A DNA stretch of 32,000 nt from NCBI RefSeq assembly GCF_008000775.2, contig NZ_CP042905.2, positions 1,620,001 to 1,652,000 on the forward strand, read 5' to 3'. This document shows positions 1 through 10,354 of this stretch, piece by piece. The notes beneath the pieces were generated by a model. That model was not told the DNA's origin. It did no database searches and worked only from the letters and a program-made list of their open reading frames with translations. The stretch is from Promethearchaeum syntrophicum (GTDB lineage: Archaea; Asgardarchaeota; Lokiarchaeia; Sigyniarchaeales; Promethearchaeaceae). Positions within the stretch are counted from its first letter, which is position 1; each line of letters opens with the position of its first letter. Both the position numbers and the translations under genes were made by a program.

Positions 1-74
1 TAGGATTTTTACCGAAAGTATCATTTGTAGAAGGCGTCCATCGCTATTGCGAATGGTTAAAGAATAATGCATAA
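1..74 (+). CDS. C-terminal tail of a truncated CDS, probably NAD-dependent sugar epimerase/dehydratase (extended SDR)
   Basis: Frame starting at base 3 reads GFLPKVSFVEGVHRYCEWLKNNA* with TAA at 72-74. It resembles the usual SDR epimerase C-terminus (G(F/W)xPKVSFEEGIxRxxEWxKEN). Not in the supplied ORF track because it has no start in the window. Confidence 0.6.
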   Translation, partial: GFLPKVSFVEGVHRYCEWLKNNA

Positions 75-89
75 AAAAAACTATTTTAT

Positions 90-344
90 TTATTCAGGAA
101 TTCGATATTTCTTAGTTGCTTCATCATAAATATAGATTCCATTGTGAATACCTCTTTCTATTATTTTTAATGTCTTGCTTTTATATCTTGGAATCCCTTT
201 GCTATTTAAATCCGAAGAACCGCATAATTCTTCCCCAAATCGCTCAAAAATTGCTGTATATATCTGTTCTATGTTTTTCCCAAACCCTAAAAATTCAAAT
301 AAAAAACCCTCGATCAAATTTGACCTAAGTTTGCATTCACCCAT
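90..344 (-). CDS. small hypothetical protein (84 aa)
   Basis: ATG-started ORF with protein-like composition (ends ...GIHNGIYIYDEATKKYRIPE), convergent with the epimerase tail; no family recognised. Confidence 0.35.
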   Translation of the reverse strand: MGECKLRSNLIEGFLFEFLGFGKNIEQIYTAIFERFGEELCGSSDLNSKGIPRYKSKTLKIIERGIHNGIYIYDEATKKYRIPE

Positions 345-454
345 CTCATTTAAAATTTGGATTTGGAAAATTTAAAACTTGAGTTTTTAATAGAAAATTA
401 AAAAGTTCGTAAAAATAGAGAAAAAAATAATGAATTTATTAATTCTTATCTAAG

Positions 455-1762
455 TTAATTGAATATTTCAATTCCATCTTCGGTTACAATAAAGGTTTTT
501 TCAAATTGACTGACATAAGCACCTTTTTGCTCTCTTAATTCATAATGCTTATGCAATTTGCCCGCAGTAGTTAGTTCTCGTAAAGCCATTTTTCCAGTGC
601 GAAATTCTTTCAATAATTCACGTGTGGAAAACGGAAGAGTTTTCTTTATGTTTGCGATCCACCCAATTACTTGGCGAGTTATTTTCATACGGATTGGAAC
701 ACGCTCAGAATTTAAATCATATTCATAGATATTGCAATTTGTTCCATTGTGAATATTTCCTAGCCCAGTAGATGCAAAACATTCTAACGCAAATACATCC
801 CCTTCTTCGAAAACATCTCCGCTGGAAATTCCTACACTAGGGATGGATTTAAAGCCATGTACTTGCCATTTCTCTAAAGAATGTCCGCGTAAATCTTTGA
901 TTGGATTATACCCAAAACCTCTGATTATTTTGGCAGTCGTCTTTCCCACTTCAATTGTTTTAACTCCGGGTTTAATTATAGATAATCCTTTCATAACTGC
1001 GGTTTCTACAGCAGTAACTAAATTTGCTGTGGCTGGATCTTGATTAAAGGAAACAGAAAATGCGCCATCTGCAACGTATCCCTCCACTGATACTCCAATA
1101 TCAACTTTTACCACATCTCCTTCTTTTATAACTGATTCATCATTTGGAGGGCTTGAGTAATGAGCTGCAATTTCATTGATACAAACATTCGTTGGGAATC
1201 CGATTTCCCCCCCAAGTTCTATAAGTTTACTTTCAGTTTGTTCACAAATATCAAGTAACTTTGCCCCGATCTTGACTTTTGGTTTAATAAATTTTATTAC
1301 CTGTTTATGGATTTCCCCCGCTTTTTTAAACGAATCATAACGCAATTTTTTTTCTTTTTCTTCTTCTTCTTTTTGGGTTTTTTCTTCTTCAGTTAATTCC
1401 TTTTCTGCCTTTTCTTCCTTCTCTTCTTTCTTTACTTTTTTAGTTTGATTTTTAGGTTTTTGAACCTGTTTTTTAGAAGAGGTTTTACTTACTCCTTTCT
1501 TAACTACAGCTTTTGAAGTTTTCGCTGTTGATGGCTTTTTAACTACGCTTTTTGTAGTTTTTTTAGTTGAAGTTTTTTTTGAAATTTTTTTTGTAGTTTT
1601 TTTGGAAGTTTTCTTCTTGACAGACTCTTTAATTACTTTTTTAGTTGAACTCTTTGCTGGTTTTTTAACATCTTTCTTAGAAAGCTTCTTTGTTGTCTTC
1701 TTAGTAGTCTTTTTTTTTGTAGACTTCTTTACTGCTTTACTCGATTTTTTAGGAGGAGTCAT
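455..1762 (-). CDS. map: methionine aminopeptidase type II (M24) with long Lys/Thr/Ser-rich N-terminal extension
   Basis: M24 metal-ligand motifs are all readable: VKVDIG, YVADGAF, RGHSLEKWQVHG, FALECFASTG, YVSQFEKT. The track start at 1900 adds an implausible hydrophobic leader that overlaps the divergent gene; the ATG at 1762 (MTPPKKSSK) is more likely. Confidence 0.88.
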   Translation of the reverse strand: MTPPKKSSKAVKKSTKKKTTKKTTKKLSKKDVKKPAKSSTKKVIKESVKKKTSKKTTKKISKKTSTKKTTKSVVKKPSTAKTSKAVVKKGVSKTSSKKQVQKPKNQTKKVKKEEKEEKAEKELTEEEKTQKEEEEKEKKLRYDSFKKAGEIHKQVIKFIKPKVKIGAKLLDICEQTESKLIELGGEIGFPTNVCINEIAAHYSSPPNDESVIKEGDVVKVDIGVSVEGYVADGAFSVSFNQDPATANLVTAVETAVMKGLSIIKPGVKTIEVGKTTAKIIRGFGYNPIKDLRGHSLEKWQVHGFKSIPSVGISSGDVFEEGDVFALECFASTGLGNIHNGTNCNIYEYDLNSERVPIRMKITRQVIGWIANIKKTLPFSTRELLKEFRTGKMALRELTTAGKLHKHYELREQKGAYVSQFEKTFIVTEDGIEIFN

Positions 1763-1874
1763 TATTTTCATTATTTTTAAAGAACGATAAGATTTTAAAT
1801 TTCGCACAAAAGTAATAAACAAAATTAATAAACAGAACAATACAAAATATAAATTAATTATTAATTTTGGATAG

Positions 1875-2285
<411 letters not shown>

Positions 2286-2350
2286 TAACACATAGAAATA
2301 AAACTCTAAGGCGCACCATTTAATTTCTTCTTTGATCATTCAAATCTTTT

Positions 2351-3019
2351 TCATTCTACCTTAAAATCATTCTTTATATAGGATTTAATTACCAATAAAA
2401 TATTTTTAAAAACCTCTCCCTCTGATTCGTTTCCATCAATTAAAACATGAATTCCTTCTTCAGAAACAATGCTATTTTTTGCAATTTTCTTAAATTGTTC
2501 CCGAATCAAATTTTGAAATTCATCAACTTCAAATTTATCTAAAGATTGATTATTCGAATTGGTTGCTTGATTTCGTTTTCTTCTCAGACCAATTTTGGGA
2601 TCTATATCAATAATTATTGTTAAATCAGGAATTAAACTGAATTTGTTTAATTTTTTAATCCAATCGATTGAAACGCCCTCATTTCGTCCTTCTATTGATT
2701 GATAAATATAGGATGAGTCCCTATATCGATCTGAAATAACTATGAAACCTTTATTTAAAAGTGGTAAAATTTTTTTATTACAATGTTCAATTCTATCTGC
2801 GGCAAAAAGAAGCGCATCTACCGAAGCGGGAACTTCGGGATTTTGCAGATAATTTCTTAAAATTTTTCCTAAGTCATAATCTGAAGGTTCTGCAGTTAAA
2901 AGAGTCTTAATATCATTTGATATAAAATATTCACTTAATTTTTTTGCCTGCGTACTTTTTCCACATCCATCAATCCCATCCAACACAAGGAAAAATCCGT
3001 CCCAATCAATTTTCTTCAT
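2351..3019 (-). CDS. tmk: thymidylate kinase
   Basis: P-loop DGIDGCGKST near the N-terminus, DRYRDSSYIYQS (DRY motif), PDLTIIIDIDPKIGLRRKRNQ lid-like region. Confidence 0.85.
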   Translation of the reverse strand: MKKIDWDGFFLVLDGIDGCGKSTQAKKLSEYFISNDIKTLLTAEPSDYDLGKILRNYLQNPEVPASVDALLFAADRIEHCNKKILPLLNKGFIVISDRYRDSSYIYQSIEGRNEGVSIDWIKKLNKFSLIPDLTIIIDIDPKIGLRRKRNQATNSNNQSLDKFEVDEFQNLIREQFKKIAKNSIVSEEGIHVLIDGNESEGEVFKNILLVIKSYIKNDFKVE

Positions 3020-3353
3020 AAAAATCCCAATAACCTAAATTGTAATTCTTTAAAATTAGATTTTATGTATATATTTAGACCTTAATAGCTTCGATTTCGG
3101 GCCAAAACACTTGAAATCGAAATTAAATTTATTCTTATTAAATCACATTTCGTTTCAAATTTTGTCGATATTTGTTGTAAATTTCACCCTATTAAAGTTC
3201 TATAAGTATTTTTCATAAATTCAGATTATATTTCTTTTTAAGGCCTTATATTTCCTTAAAAAAAATCATCATGAGCAATCCTTTTAAGTTTGAAATAAGA
3301 ATTCTTTCTTATAATAATATAATAAGAATTTCGAAATTATATTCAATTCTAAA

Positions 3354-6300
3354 GTGAATCATTATATGGCAAAAATTTCTCGGTCTCAACGACAAAATAT
3401 TTTCAAACTATTAATTGTAGCATCATTGATATTGGGTGGATACTCAATATACTCCTTACTTTTTACGGTTTTCGGAACTAATTACCCGATTTCAAGAGAA
3501 GGGAATAATACAAGCCAGATAAACGCGGATTTAACTGAGATTAATTGGGATTATCAAACTTACCTTGATGAACTCTTTAATTCAGATTATTTTGAAAATC
3601 TCACCGAAGGGGAACAATTAGCTTTCTTTGAGGATTTACTTGGAACTGACGCATTGGGTTTTTTAGATGATAGTGGTTTGTCGGCTGAAGAAGTTTTGAC
3701 TGAATATGGTGATGAATTAGGGGGAGTATTTGCTTCTCTAGCAGGGGGAGAGACATTCGATGGTTCCATGCTTGATTCGCTTCCTCCCGAATTAGCATTA
3801 GCAATATTAACCCGACCTATGTTTTATACTTATTTAACTAATCCTTCAGATGATTGGGATGATCGAAGTGATACTTTGTTTAAAATTGCTGCGTATGATT
3901 TTTTTAATACAACTTCTTATGATTGGGAAGTTTCTGATACGTTGGATAATTCTCAAAGTCTAGCTTTGGAAGCGGACTCAACTGATGAGAAATGGAAGAT
4001 AAAATATCCAATTATGGCAAGTTTACAAGCTTCTAGCGGTCTTCCTGCAGTATCCCCATTTCCCCGGGTATTAGAAGGTACTCCCGATTCTTATCCTTTA
4101 ACCTCCGCGGGTGTAGACTTAAAAAGTCAATTATATTTAGGTGGGATGCAAGGTGAAGCAAGTTATTCTGAACCAGATATTGGTGATTTTACCAATTTAA
4201 CATATAATTTATTGTATGATAGTAATGATTACCCAAATCCCAATTATTATAGATCTTTAGGATACACAATGGCAGAATATACAGGTGCTAATTTGGGTGT
4301 TACCGAATGTATGAAAGGACCAAATGGTGAAACAGGGTGGATTAATTATCGAAATGCAAATCCATTTTTTGCTGCAGCTGTTGCTGAATTAGAAGCTACT
4401 TCCGCTTTTATAAGTGCTGGAGATGATATTTATGACAAAACACAAGCTATTGTAGATTATGTGGGGGCAAATTTCGTTTATAATCCATTGGGAACAATGC
4501 GGCCTCCTACAGATGCGGATCCAATTGAATGGTTGAGTGAAGTACGGGAAACCGCATATCCTTTTGAGATAACATCATTAACCGTTGCTTTAGCTCGTTT
4601 GGAGGGTTTAAGTGTTCGGTATGTCTCTGGATATAAGTGGGATGATTACATCGCTATTGAATCCAATACAATTTATGCAGATCCTTCTGAAGGTTATGAT
4701 ACTGTTTATACTTATATTATGGCTAATATGTACACATATATTGAAGTTTTTATACCTACGTCAGTTTCAGCTGGAGATTGGGTGGAATTTGATAATAATT
4801 TTTCCGCAGTGCCTGATCAACCTACACAAAATGATTTAGAATATATCTTAACGTTCGATGGGTCTTTTACCCCTAATTCTGCAGGATATGATAGAGGTTC
4901 TGTAGCAACTCCCACTGAAATAAGTATTGGAGTGTCTGCAACGCTTAATGGCAATCCTCTAAATGCCATAGATGTAGAAATGAAAGATGTTTCTTATGAT
5001 ACAGTCCTTGATAGTGCATATACTGATATAAACGGATTAGTAACCTTTACTTTGTCTTTACAAAATATGGTCTCAGGACCACATATTTTAAATTTCTCCT
5101 CCTCATATATGGGTGTGTCATTTGGGAATGTTTCAGTAATAAACGTTGTTGAAGATTTTGATATATATTTAACAAGCGCGTCTCCCTCCACAGTAGATTC
5201 TTCTATTGATCCCCAAGCAATGCTTTCAATTCAAGGTTATGTTTGGGATCCAATAGTGGACGCACCCGTAAAAAATGCCCTTATTGTTCCTAAAGGAGTA
5301 GAAGAGGGAAACTTTTACCCTGTTAATGCCATAGATTTTATCCCTAGTGCTGCTAATGTTTCTAATATAAATGGGAATTTCTCATTTAATATTTCTATGA
5401 TTGGTTGGCAACAAGCTAATTATACTATCTACAGTCAATTTGAGGGTGTTTTTAATATTTCTACTGATTTAATTCTATTTGATCCTTTATACCAATTTTA
5501 CTTAATACCTTATGAAACGTCCTATCTTCATGGGGCTTATACAGATGAAGATCATACATCAAGTTTTGTTGAATTTCTCGATGCTGATTTTATTGAATAT
5601 ACTTTCACAGTAAATAATACAAGTTCCATAAATGGCGCAAATGGAAATTATCCTACTGGACCGACAATAGGATATCGGAATAATTTAACTCTTGAATTTA
5701 CTGCCACTACATTGTGGGCATCTAACTTTGCCTCAGGAGATATTTCTGTTGTTGATGAAACAGAAGGGAGGACTTTAACCAGTTTCATCACGAACTCCGG
5801 AGATGGACAAGGGTCAACAACTTATGATGTCTTTTCAGATCTGGATTCCGATTGGACAGTTGGACCCCATTTGATTGCACTTAATTGGACAAATGCTTCA
5901 CGTACCGCAATTGGACGTTTGTGGGTAGTTATTATTGGAGAAGTGGTAGTAGATCAAACTTCCGATGTATTTCTCGAAGGACGGGGTGGACCATCAAGAG
6001 ACAAATATTTCATAAATTCAAGTTCCTCTTCCGCTTATGCTGATATATTTAATATAACGGGCAATTTACGGGATGCAGGTACGAATGAACCCCTTCAAGA
6101 TTATGCTATCAATTATAGGATATTTGATAATACTTGGACTGAGATAAGTCCCTTCCTCATTCAATTAAGTTGGCTAGGTGATTTAATTCCTGACACTGGA
6201 GGATTTTTTGCAGATTTCATGTTCAGTGGCTCTACTGATGTAAATATTGGACCGATTCACACTGATTCATCTTTTACAGGAGAATGGAATCCTTGGGTAT

Positions 6301-8426
6301 ATGGTTGGGAAACTTCCTGGAATAATCTTTGGGATGCTTATTATGTTACTAATTTTGCTAATGACTCAAGCACAGGATCGTTTGAACTATCTGATCCAAC
6401 AGATTTCAATTTTACTCCTCATTTAGATAACGTAAAATTTGTAGATACTGTGCCAATTGATGATCGTCGTAAAGGAACTGGAACTGAAATCCAAATTTCC
6501 TGTGAACTCCTACACGAAAGTGTTGGTTTATCGGGAACTCAAGTGTATTTGTTGAATTCCACAACAAACACAACTATTCTAGGTCCCTTTGCTACTGATA
6601 TTAATGGATATGCAAACTTTACATTTTCCTTTACTTTATCCGATACTGAAGGAACATATTCATATAAGATATATTTAGATACAGGCGTGGGAACTTATGA
6701 AGGAACTATTGATATCTATTATGATCCCAACGCTAATTATTATCTTGAAGGACGATATAACCTAATTGCGTTTGATGTTGCGACACCGGCTGACCGAGGT
6801 GTTGGGGAATCTTTTCAACTCTCGGGTGAATTCACCGATAGTGGTGTGGGTCAATCTGGATATAACGTAGATCTTATTGATAATGGAGCTATAATAGATT
6901 CAGCTTTAACAGATAGTAATGGGTATGCTAATTTCACCGTATTGTTCGATACTAGTTTTATTGCAGGAAATCATTATTTTGAATTGAAAGTAACCTACCC
7001 TGGAGGAACTTATTCAGACACATTAACTGTTAATTTTGATCCTTATCTAAATTATACTTTTTCACCAATGTTTGATGGAACATTATTTTCAGCTATTGTC
7101 GTGCCACCGACTAGAGGAATAGATGATATTCTCAATTTCTCATGTATATTAACTTTTGAAGGATCTCCGAAAGTTGGAGAAACTGTGTATTTATATGATG
7201 TTACATCAGGAGAAACACTAATTTCCTCAGATGTTACAGATGGAAGTGGTTATGCTGAAATTTTAATTACGCTAAATGATGGTATTTTTCTTGGATCACA
7301 TGACTATGAAATACGAACTGATTTCCTTACAAACGAAACGACAGTAATTTTCGATCCAGAACTTCATTATGGTTTTACTGCTCGTTTAGATGATATTGCT
7401 TTTAGCAGTACTGCTTCCGCCGAGACTCGTATCGAAGTTTCTGGAGGATCGGTTGAAATATCATTATCCTTATTACATCTTTCAACAGGTCAGAGTGGAG
7501 CAACAGTCACTCTCACTGATATGAGTAACGGCACAATTATTGATACGGGAGTTACAGATGGAAGTGGATACTATAATTTCACTGTTAATTATGGTGTTGG
7601 AGTAAATCCTGGACCGCATTATTATCACATTTCATTAACTTATAATGGTGGATATTTCACATTAACCGGTAGTAATTATGAAGATTATATATGGGTTATT
7701 TATAATAATCCTACACTCGGGTGTTCAAATATAAGACCTGATTGGAATGAAGTATTAGGAATCGGTGATACAATTCAAACGATTACAGTAACAGGAACAC
7801 TTCTTGATGAAAATTCATTGGGTTATAATTACGCTGAATTAACTTACTGGATAAAACAAGGTGCTTCGGTTATCGATCCTACTGGAATTTTCTTTGTTGA
7901 CCTATCATGGGATACTAATTCCCAAGTTGGATCTTTTACTGCCTTAATTTCATTAATTGGCACGATTGAACCTGATATCGGAAATTATTCAATTATTATT
8001 GGTTTTGATGGTACTTTGGATTTTACCGATCCTGGATTGATTTATAATGCAGCAATATTAGCTGATAATGCTACAGAATTACAGTTTACCATCTTTGATA
8101 AACCATATTTAACTACATCGTATGAGTATGATACTGAAGGATTTGGTTTTATCATAGGAGGAACAAATCTAAACATCTCTGGGACTCTATATTACTCAAA
8201 TGGTACTGCTATTGCCATTGCTGGACAAACGATAACTATTGAATTTTATGATGAAAATGATCAATTAGTTAACTCAACCACCGTAGTAACTGATATATTT
8301 GGAAATTATGTACTAAATGATTACCTAATGGATTGGGATGCTACATATTTTACCGTTTCCTATGATGGAAATGATTCAGAAAGTCTTGATGCTGCAAATA
8401 CAAAAACGGAACCCCTTATAGAATAA
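3354..8426 (+). CDS. giant signal-anchored extracellular protein: transglutaminase-like domain plus tandem Ig-like repeats
   Basis: 1690 aa; one N-terminal TM (FKLLIVASLILGGYSIYSLLFTVF), transglutaminase-like fold signature ...LTVALARLEGLSVRYVSGYKWDD...YIEVFIP...WVEFDNN (about 4441-4803), many N-x-S/T sequons, C-terminal repeats of ~105-116 aa; no C-terminal TM. Start may be the ATG at 3366. Confidence 0.85.
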   Translation: MNHYMAKISRSQRQNIFKLLIVASLILGGYSIYSLLFTVFGTNYPISREGNNTSQINADLTEINWDYQTYLDELFNSDYFENLTEGEQLAFFEDLLGTDALGFLDDSGLSAEEVLTEYGDELGGVFASLAGGETFDGSMLDSLPPELALAILTRPMFYTYLTNPSDDWDDRSDTLFKIAAYDFFNTTSYDWEVSDTLDNSQSLALEADSTDEKWKIKYPIMASLQASSGLPAVSPFPRVLEGTPDSYPLTSAGVDLKSQLYLGGMQGEASYSEPDIGDFTNLTYNLLYDSNDYPNPNYYRSLGYTMAEYTGANLGVTECMKGPNGETGWINYRNANPFFAAAVAELEATSAFISAGDDIYDKTQAIVDYVGANFVYNPLGTMRPPTDADPIEWLSEVRETAYPFEITSLTVALARLEGLSVRYVSGYKWDDYIAIESNTIYADPSEGYDTVYTYIMANMYTYIEVFIPTSVSAGDWVEFDNNFSAVPDQPTQNDLEYILTFDGSFTPNSAGYDRGSVATPTEISIGVSATLNGNPLNAIDVEMKDVSYDTVLDSAYTDINGLVTFTLSLQNMVSGPHILNFSSSYMGVSFGNVSVINVVEDFDIYLTSASPSTVDSSIDPQAMLSIQGYVWDPIVDAPVKNALIVPKGVEEGNFYPVNAIDFIPSAANVSNINGNFSFNISMIGWQQANYTIYSQFEGVFNISTDLILFDPLYQFYLIPYETSYLHGAYTDEDHTSSFVEFLDADFIEYTFTVNNTSSINGANGNYPTGPTIGYRNNLTLEFTATTLWASNFASGDISVVDETEGRTLTSFITNSGDGQGSTTYDVFSDLDSDWTVGPHLIALNWTNASRTAIGRLWVVIIGEVVVDQTSDVFLEGRGGPSRDKYFINSSSSSAYADIFNITGNLRDAGTNEPLQDYAINYRIFDNTWTEISPFLIQLSWLGDLIPDTGGFFADFMFSGSTDVNIGPIHTDSSFTGEWNPWVYGWETSWNNLWDAYYVTNFANDSSTGSFELSDPTDFNFTPHLDNVKFVDTVPIDDRRKGTGTEIQISCELLHESVGLSGTQVYLLNSTTNTTILGPFATDINGYANFTFSFTLSDTEGTYSYKIYLDTGVGTYEGTIDIYYDPNANYYLEGRYNLIAFDVATPADRGVGESFQLSGEFTDSGVGQSGYNVDLIDNGAIIDSALTDSNGYANFTVLFDTSFIAGNHYFELKVTYPGGTYSDTLTVNFDPYLNYTFSPMFDGTLFSAIVVPPTRGIDDILNFSCILTFEGSPKVGETVYLYDVTSGETLISSDVTDGSGYAEILITLNDGIFLGSHDYEIRTDFLTNETTVIFDPELHYGFTARLDDIAFSSTASAETRIEVSGGSVEISLSLLHLSTGQSGATVTLTDMSNGTIIDTGVTDGSGYYNFTVNYGVGVNPGPHYYHISLTYNGGYFTLTGSNYEDYIWVIYNNPTLGCSNIRPDWNEVLGIGDTIQTITVTGTLLDENSLGYNYAELTYWIKQGASVIDPTGIFFVDLSWDTNSQVGSFTALISLIGTIEPDIGNYSIIIGFDGTLDFTDPGLIYNAAILADNATELQFTIFDKPYLTTSYEYDTEGFGFIIGGTNLNISGTLYYSNGTAIAIAGQTITIEFYDENDQLVNSTTVVTDIFGNYVLNDYLMDWDATYFTVSYDGNDSESLDAANTKTEPLIE

Positions 8427-8458
8427 CGGGCCCAAAATACAATATCTTATATGAAAAT

Positions 8459-8463
8459 GGAGG
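8459..8463 (+). promoter_or_regulatory. Shine-Dalgarno-like ribosome-binding site
   Basis: GGAGG 10 nt upstream of the ATG at 8474. Confidence 0.55.
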
Positions 8464-8473
8464 AAAATAACTA

Positions 8474-10258
8474 ATGAGCGCAAAATCTGATTTAAAATTG
8501 TCTAATAAAAGGCTATCAATTATTGTTATCTTTGTAATATGTATTTCTGTGATTTCTATTGCCGGAATATTTCCAAATTTAATTCCTAATGATACAAAAA
8601 ATCCATTTGATAACGAATCCAATCTAACAACTCCTCAATCTGCAGCATATAATACTTTGTTATTCATCACAGGTGTTGATCAAACTCACACAGTAAGAGG
8701 ATCAAATTTCAACCTTAATGGATATGTTCAGAAATTTGATGGAAGTTGGACAAATACAAGTGGAATTCCTGTCTACCCGATTTTAGACGGTCATTTATGT
8801 GATGGTTCTGATTCGAATACGTCATTATATCCCAATTTAACAGTATTATCCTCAGAAATCAATTCAATGCAAGGGCAGTTCAGTATTTCTATTATTGTTC
8901 GAAGTGATTATGATTATTCTTTAGATTTAGAAGTATTAGCAAATATTACAGAAATTGCCGCACAAAATATATATGTTGATGAACATACCGTGCAAAATAC
9001 AACTCTTTATCACGATATTACAACACCCACTCAAATTATTCTCGATACTGGAACAGATTTAAATCCAGTTATCCCTGGAGATCAATTTACCCTTTCGATG
9101 ACTTTTCAAGATTCAACAGGAACTGATCTAACTTCCCCCTCAACTAATTTTAATGTTCTCACGAATGGAGCAGTAAATGGAGGGTATGTTATCTCTACCT
9201 CAGGAGGGTCTGGAGATGTCTTAATTACTACTCAATCAGGGTATACCTCTGTGGGAGTTGAATTTTTGGGAATGATTCCTACAACGGTAGGGCTTGAAAC
9301 CTATTATGAGTTTGAAAGTAGTTCACAATCAACGCCAATTGTTCGGGTAGAATCCATTAACGGAGATGTTAATATTACTAATTCAAATGATACTTCGCGT
9401 GCCTATGTCTACACAAACGGGAGTTTTCTAGTCAAAGGGAATATTTGGGCAAATGGAAACTCAAGCTTTAAACTTTCGAACAGGAATATTGAAATTCTTT
9501 TCAATGGGCAATCCCTCTTAACAACCACAACAGGGGCTGATGGATTAATAAATGAAATTGTAAATCTAGAAGAGATAGGTTTTTACGAATCTGATATCAA
9601 TTTTACCATTACAATTAAATTATTGGGTTATGATGATACACTATATACCAATCCTAGTTCCTTTAGAGTTATTCTCTCTTCTCTTGTTCAAGATGCACCA
9701 CTTCCGCTATCTCAAGCACTTCAAAAATGGGGATTAATAGTCTTACCTATCTTAGCTATTGCTGGAATTGTTGTGGGGATTGTTATTTTTCAACGAAAAC
9801 GTATGGAAGCTGCCCAAAAACTTGATCAGCGCTTCCGAGCAGTTGATAAAACTGCAAAATTCGCGATTATTACCATGCTTTATTCTCAAGGTCGAAGAAG
9901 AGAAGCAATTGCATATACGTATAAAATATATACTGATCTGATTAATGAAAAATACTCATTACAACGAACTTCTGCACAAACACTCAGGGAATTTGCAATA
10001 GTTTGTGTAATGAAATATGGGCTAGATCCACTTCGGGTGTATCCATATATTTCTATGATTGAAGATGTAATTTATGGAGCGTATGATGTTGATAGAAAGA
10101 TCTTTGAGAAATCGATTACATTATTTGGAAGAATTTTCCAAGAAATAACTGGAATTTTGCTTACCTACGACCTATCTATTTCAGAACATTCGAATCTCGA
10201 ACAAATGACCCTCAAAGTGTCCGTACCGGATGTTAAAACAAAAAAAATAGGTGAATAA
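8474..10258 (+). CDS. membrane protein, extracellular Ig-like region plus cytosolic DUF4129-like C-terminal domain
   Basis: 594 aa; N-terminal TM (LSIIVIFVICISVISIAGIF), extracellular Thr/Ser/Asn-rich region, C-terminal TM (LIVLPILAIAGIVVGIVIF), then helical tail with SAQTLREFA...VYPYISMIEDVIYG typical of DUF4129-like segments. Confidence 0.75.
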   Translation: MSAKSDLKLSNKRLSIIVIFVICISVISIAGIFPNLIPNDTKNPFDNESNLTTPQSAAYNTLLFITGVDQTHTVRGSNFNLNGYVQKFDGSWTNTSGIPVYPILDGHLCDGSDSNTSLYPNLTVLSSEINSMQGQFSISIIVRSDYDYSLDLEVLANITEIAAQNIYVDEHTVQNTTLYHDITTPTQIILDTGTDLNPVIPGDQFTLSMTFQDSTGTDLTSPSTNFNVLTNGAVNGGYVISTSGGSGDVLITTQSGYTSVGVEFLGMIPTTVGLETYYEFESSSQSTPIVRVESINGDVNITNSNDTSRAYVYTNGSFLVKGNIWANGNSSFKLSNRNIEILFNGQSLLTTTTGADGLINEIVNLEEIGFYESDINFTITIKLLGYDDTLYTNPSSFRVILSSLVQDAPLPLSQALQKWGLIVLPILAIAGIVVGIVIFQRKRMEAAQKLDQRFRAVDKTAKFAIITMLYSQGRRREAIAYTYKIYTDLINEKYSLQRTSAQTLREFAIVCVMKYGLDPLRVYPYISMIEDVIYGAYDVDRKIFEKSITLFGRIFQEITGILLTYDLSISEHSNLEQMTLKVSVPDVKTKKIGE

Positions 10259-10354
10259 CAGAAAAATTCAGAATCAAATTAAAAACAAATACGTTACGTG
10301 AAAGGACTAAAACATTTAAGAATAAAAAACAAGAAAAAAAATAAGTGATTTATT

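Noticed and set aside
455-1350. MetAP core as a non-catalytic Ebp1/PA2G4-like pseudoenzyme
   Set aside because: All five M24 metal-ligand positions (two Asp, His, two Glu) appear intact, favouring an active aminopeptidase.
1602-1790. Plus-strand hydrophobic 62-aa ORF (Phe/Val/Leu-rich)
   Set aside because: It is the antisense of the Lys-rich MetAP tail codons (AAA/AAG become TTT/CTT), so the hydrophobicity is a composition artefact.
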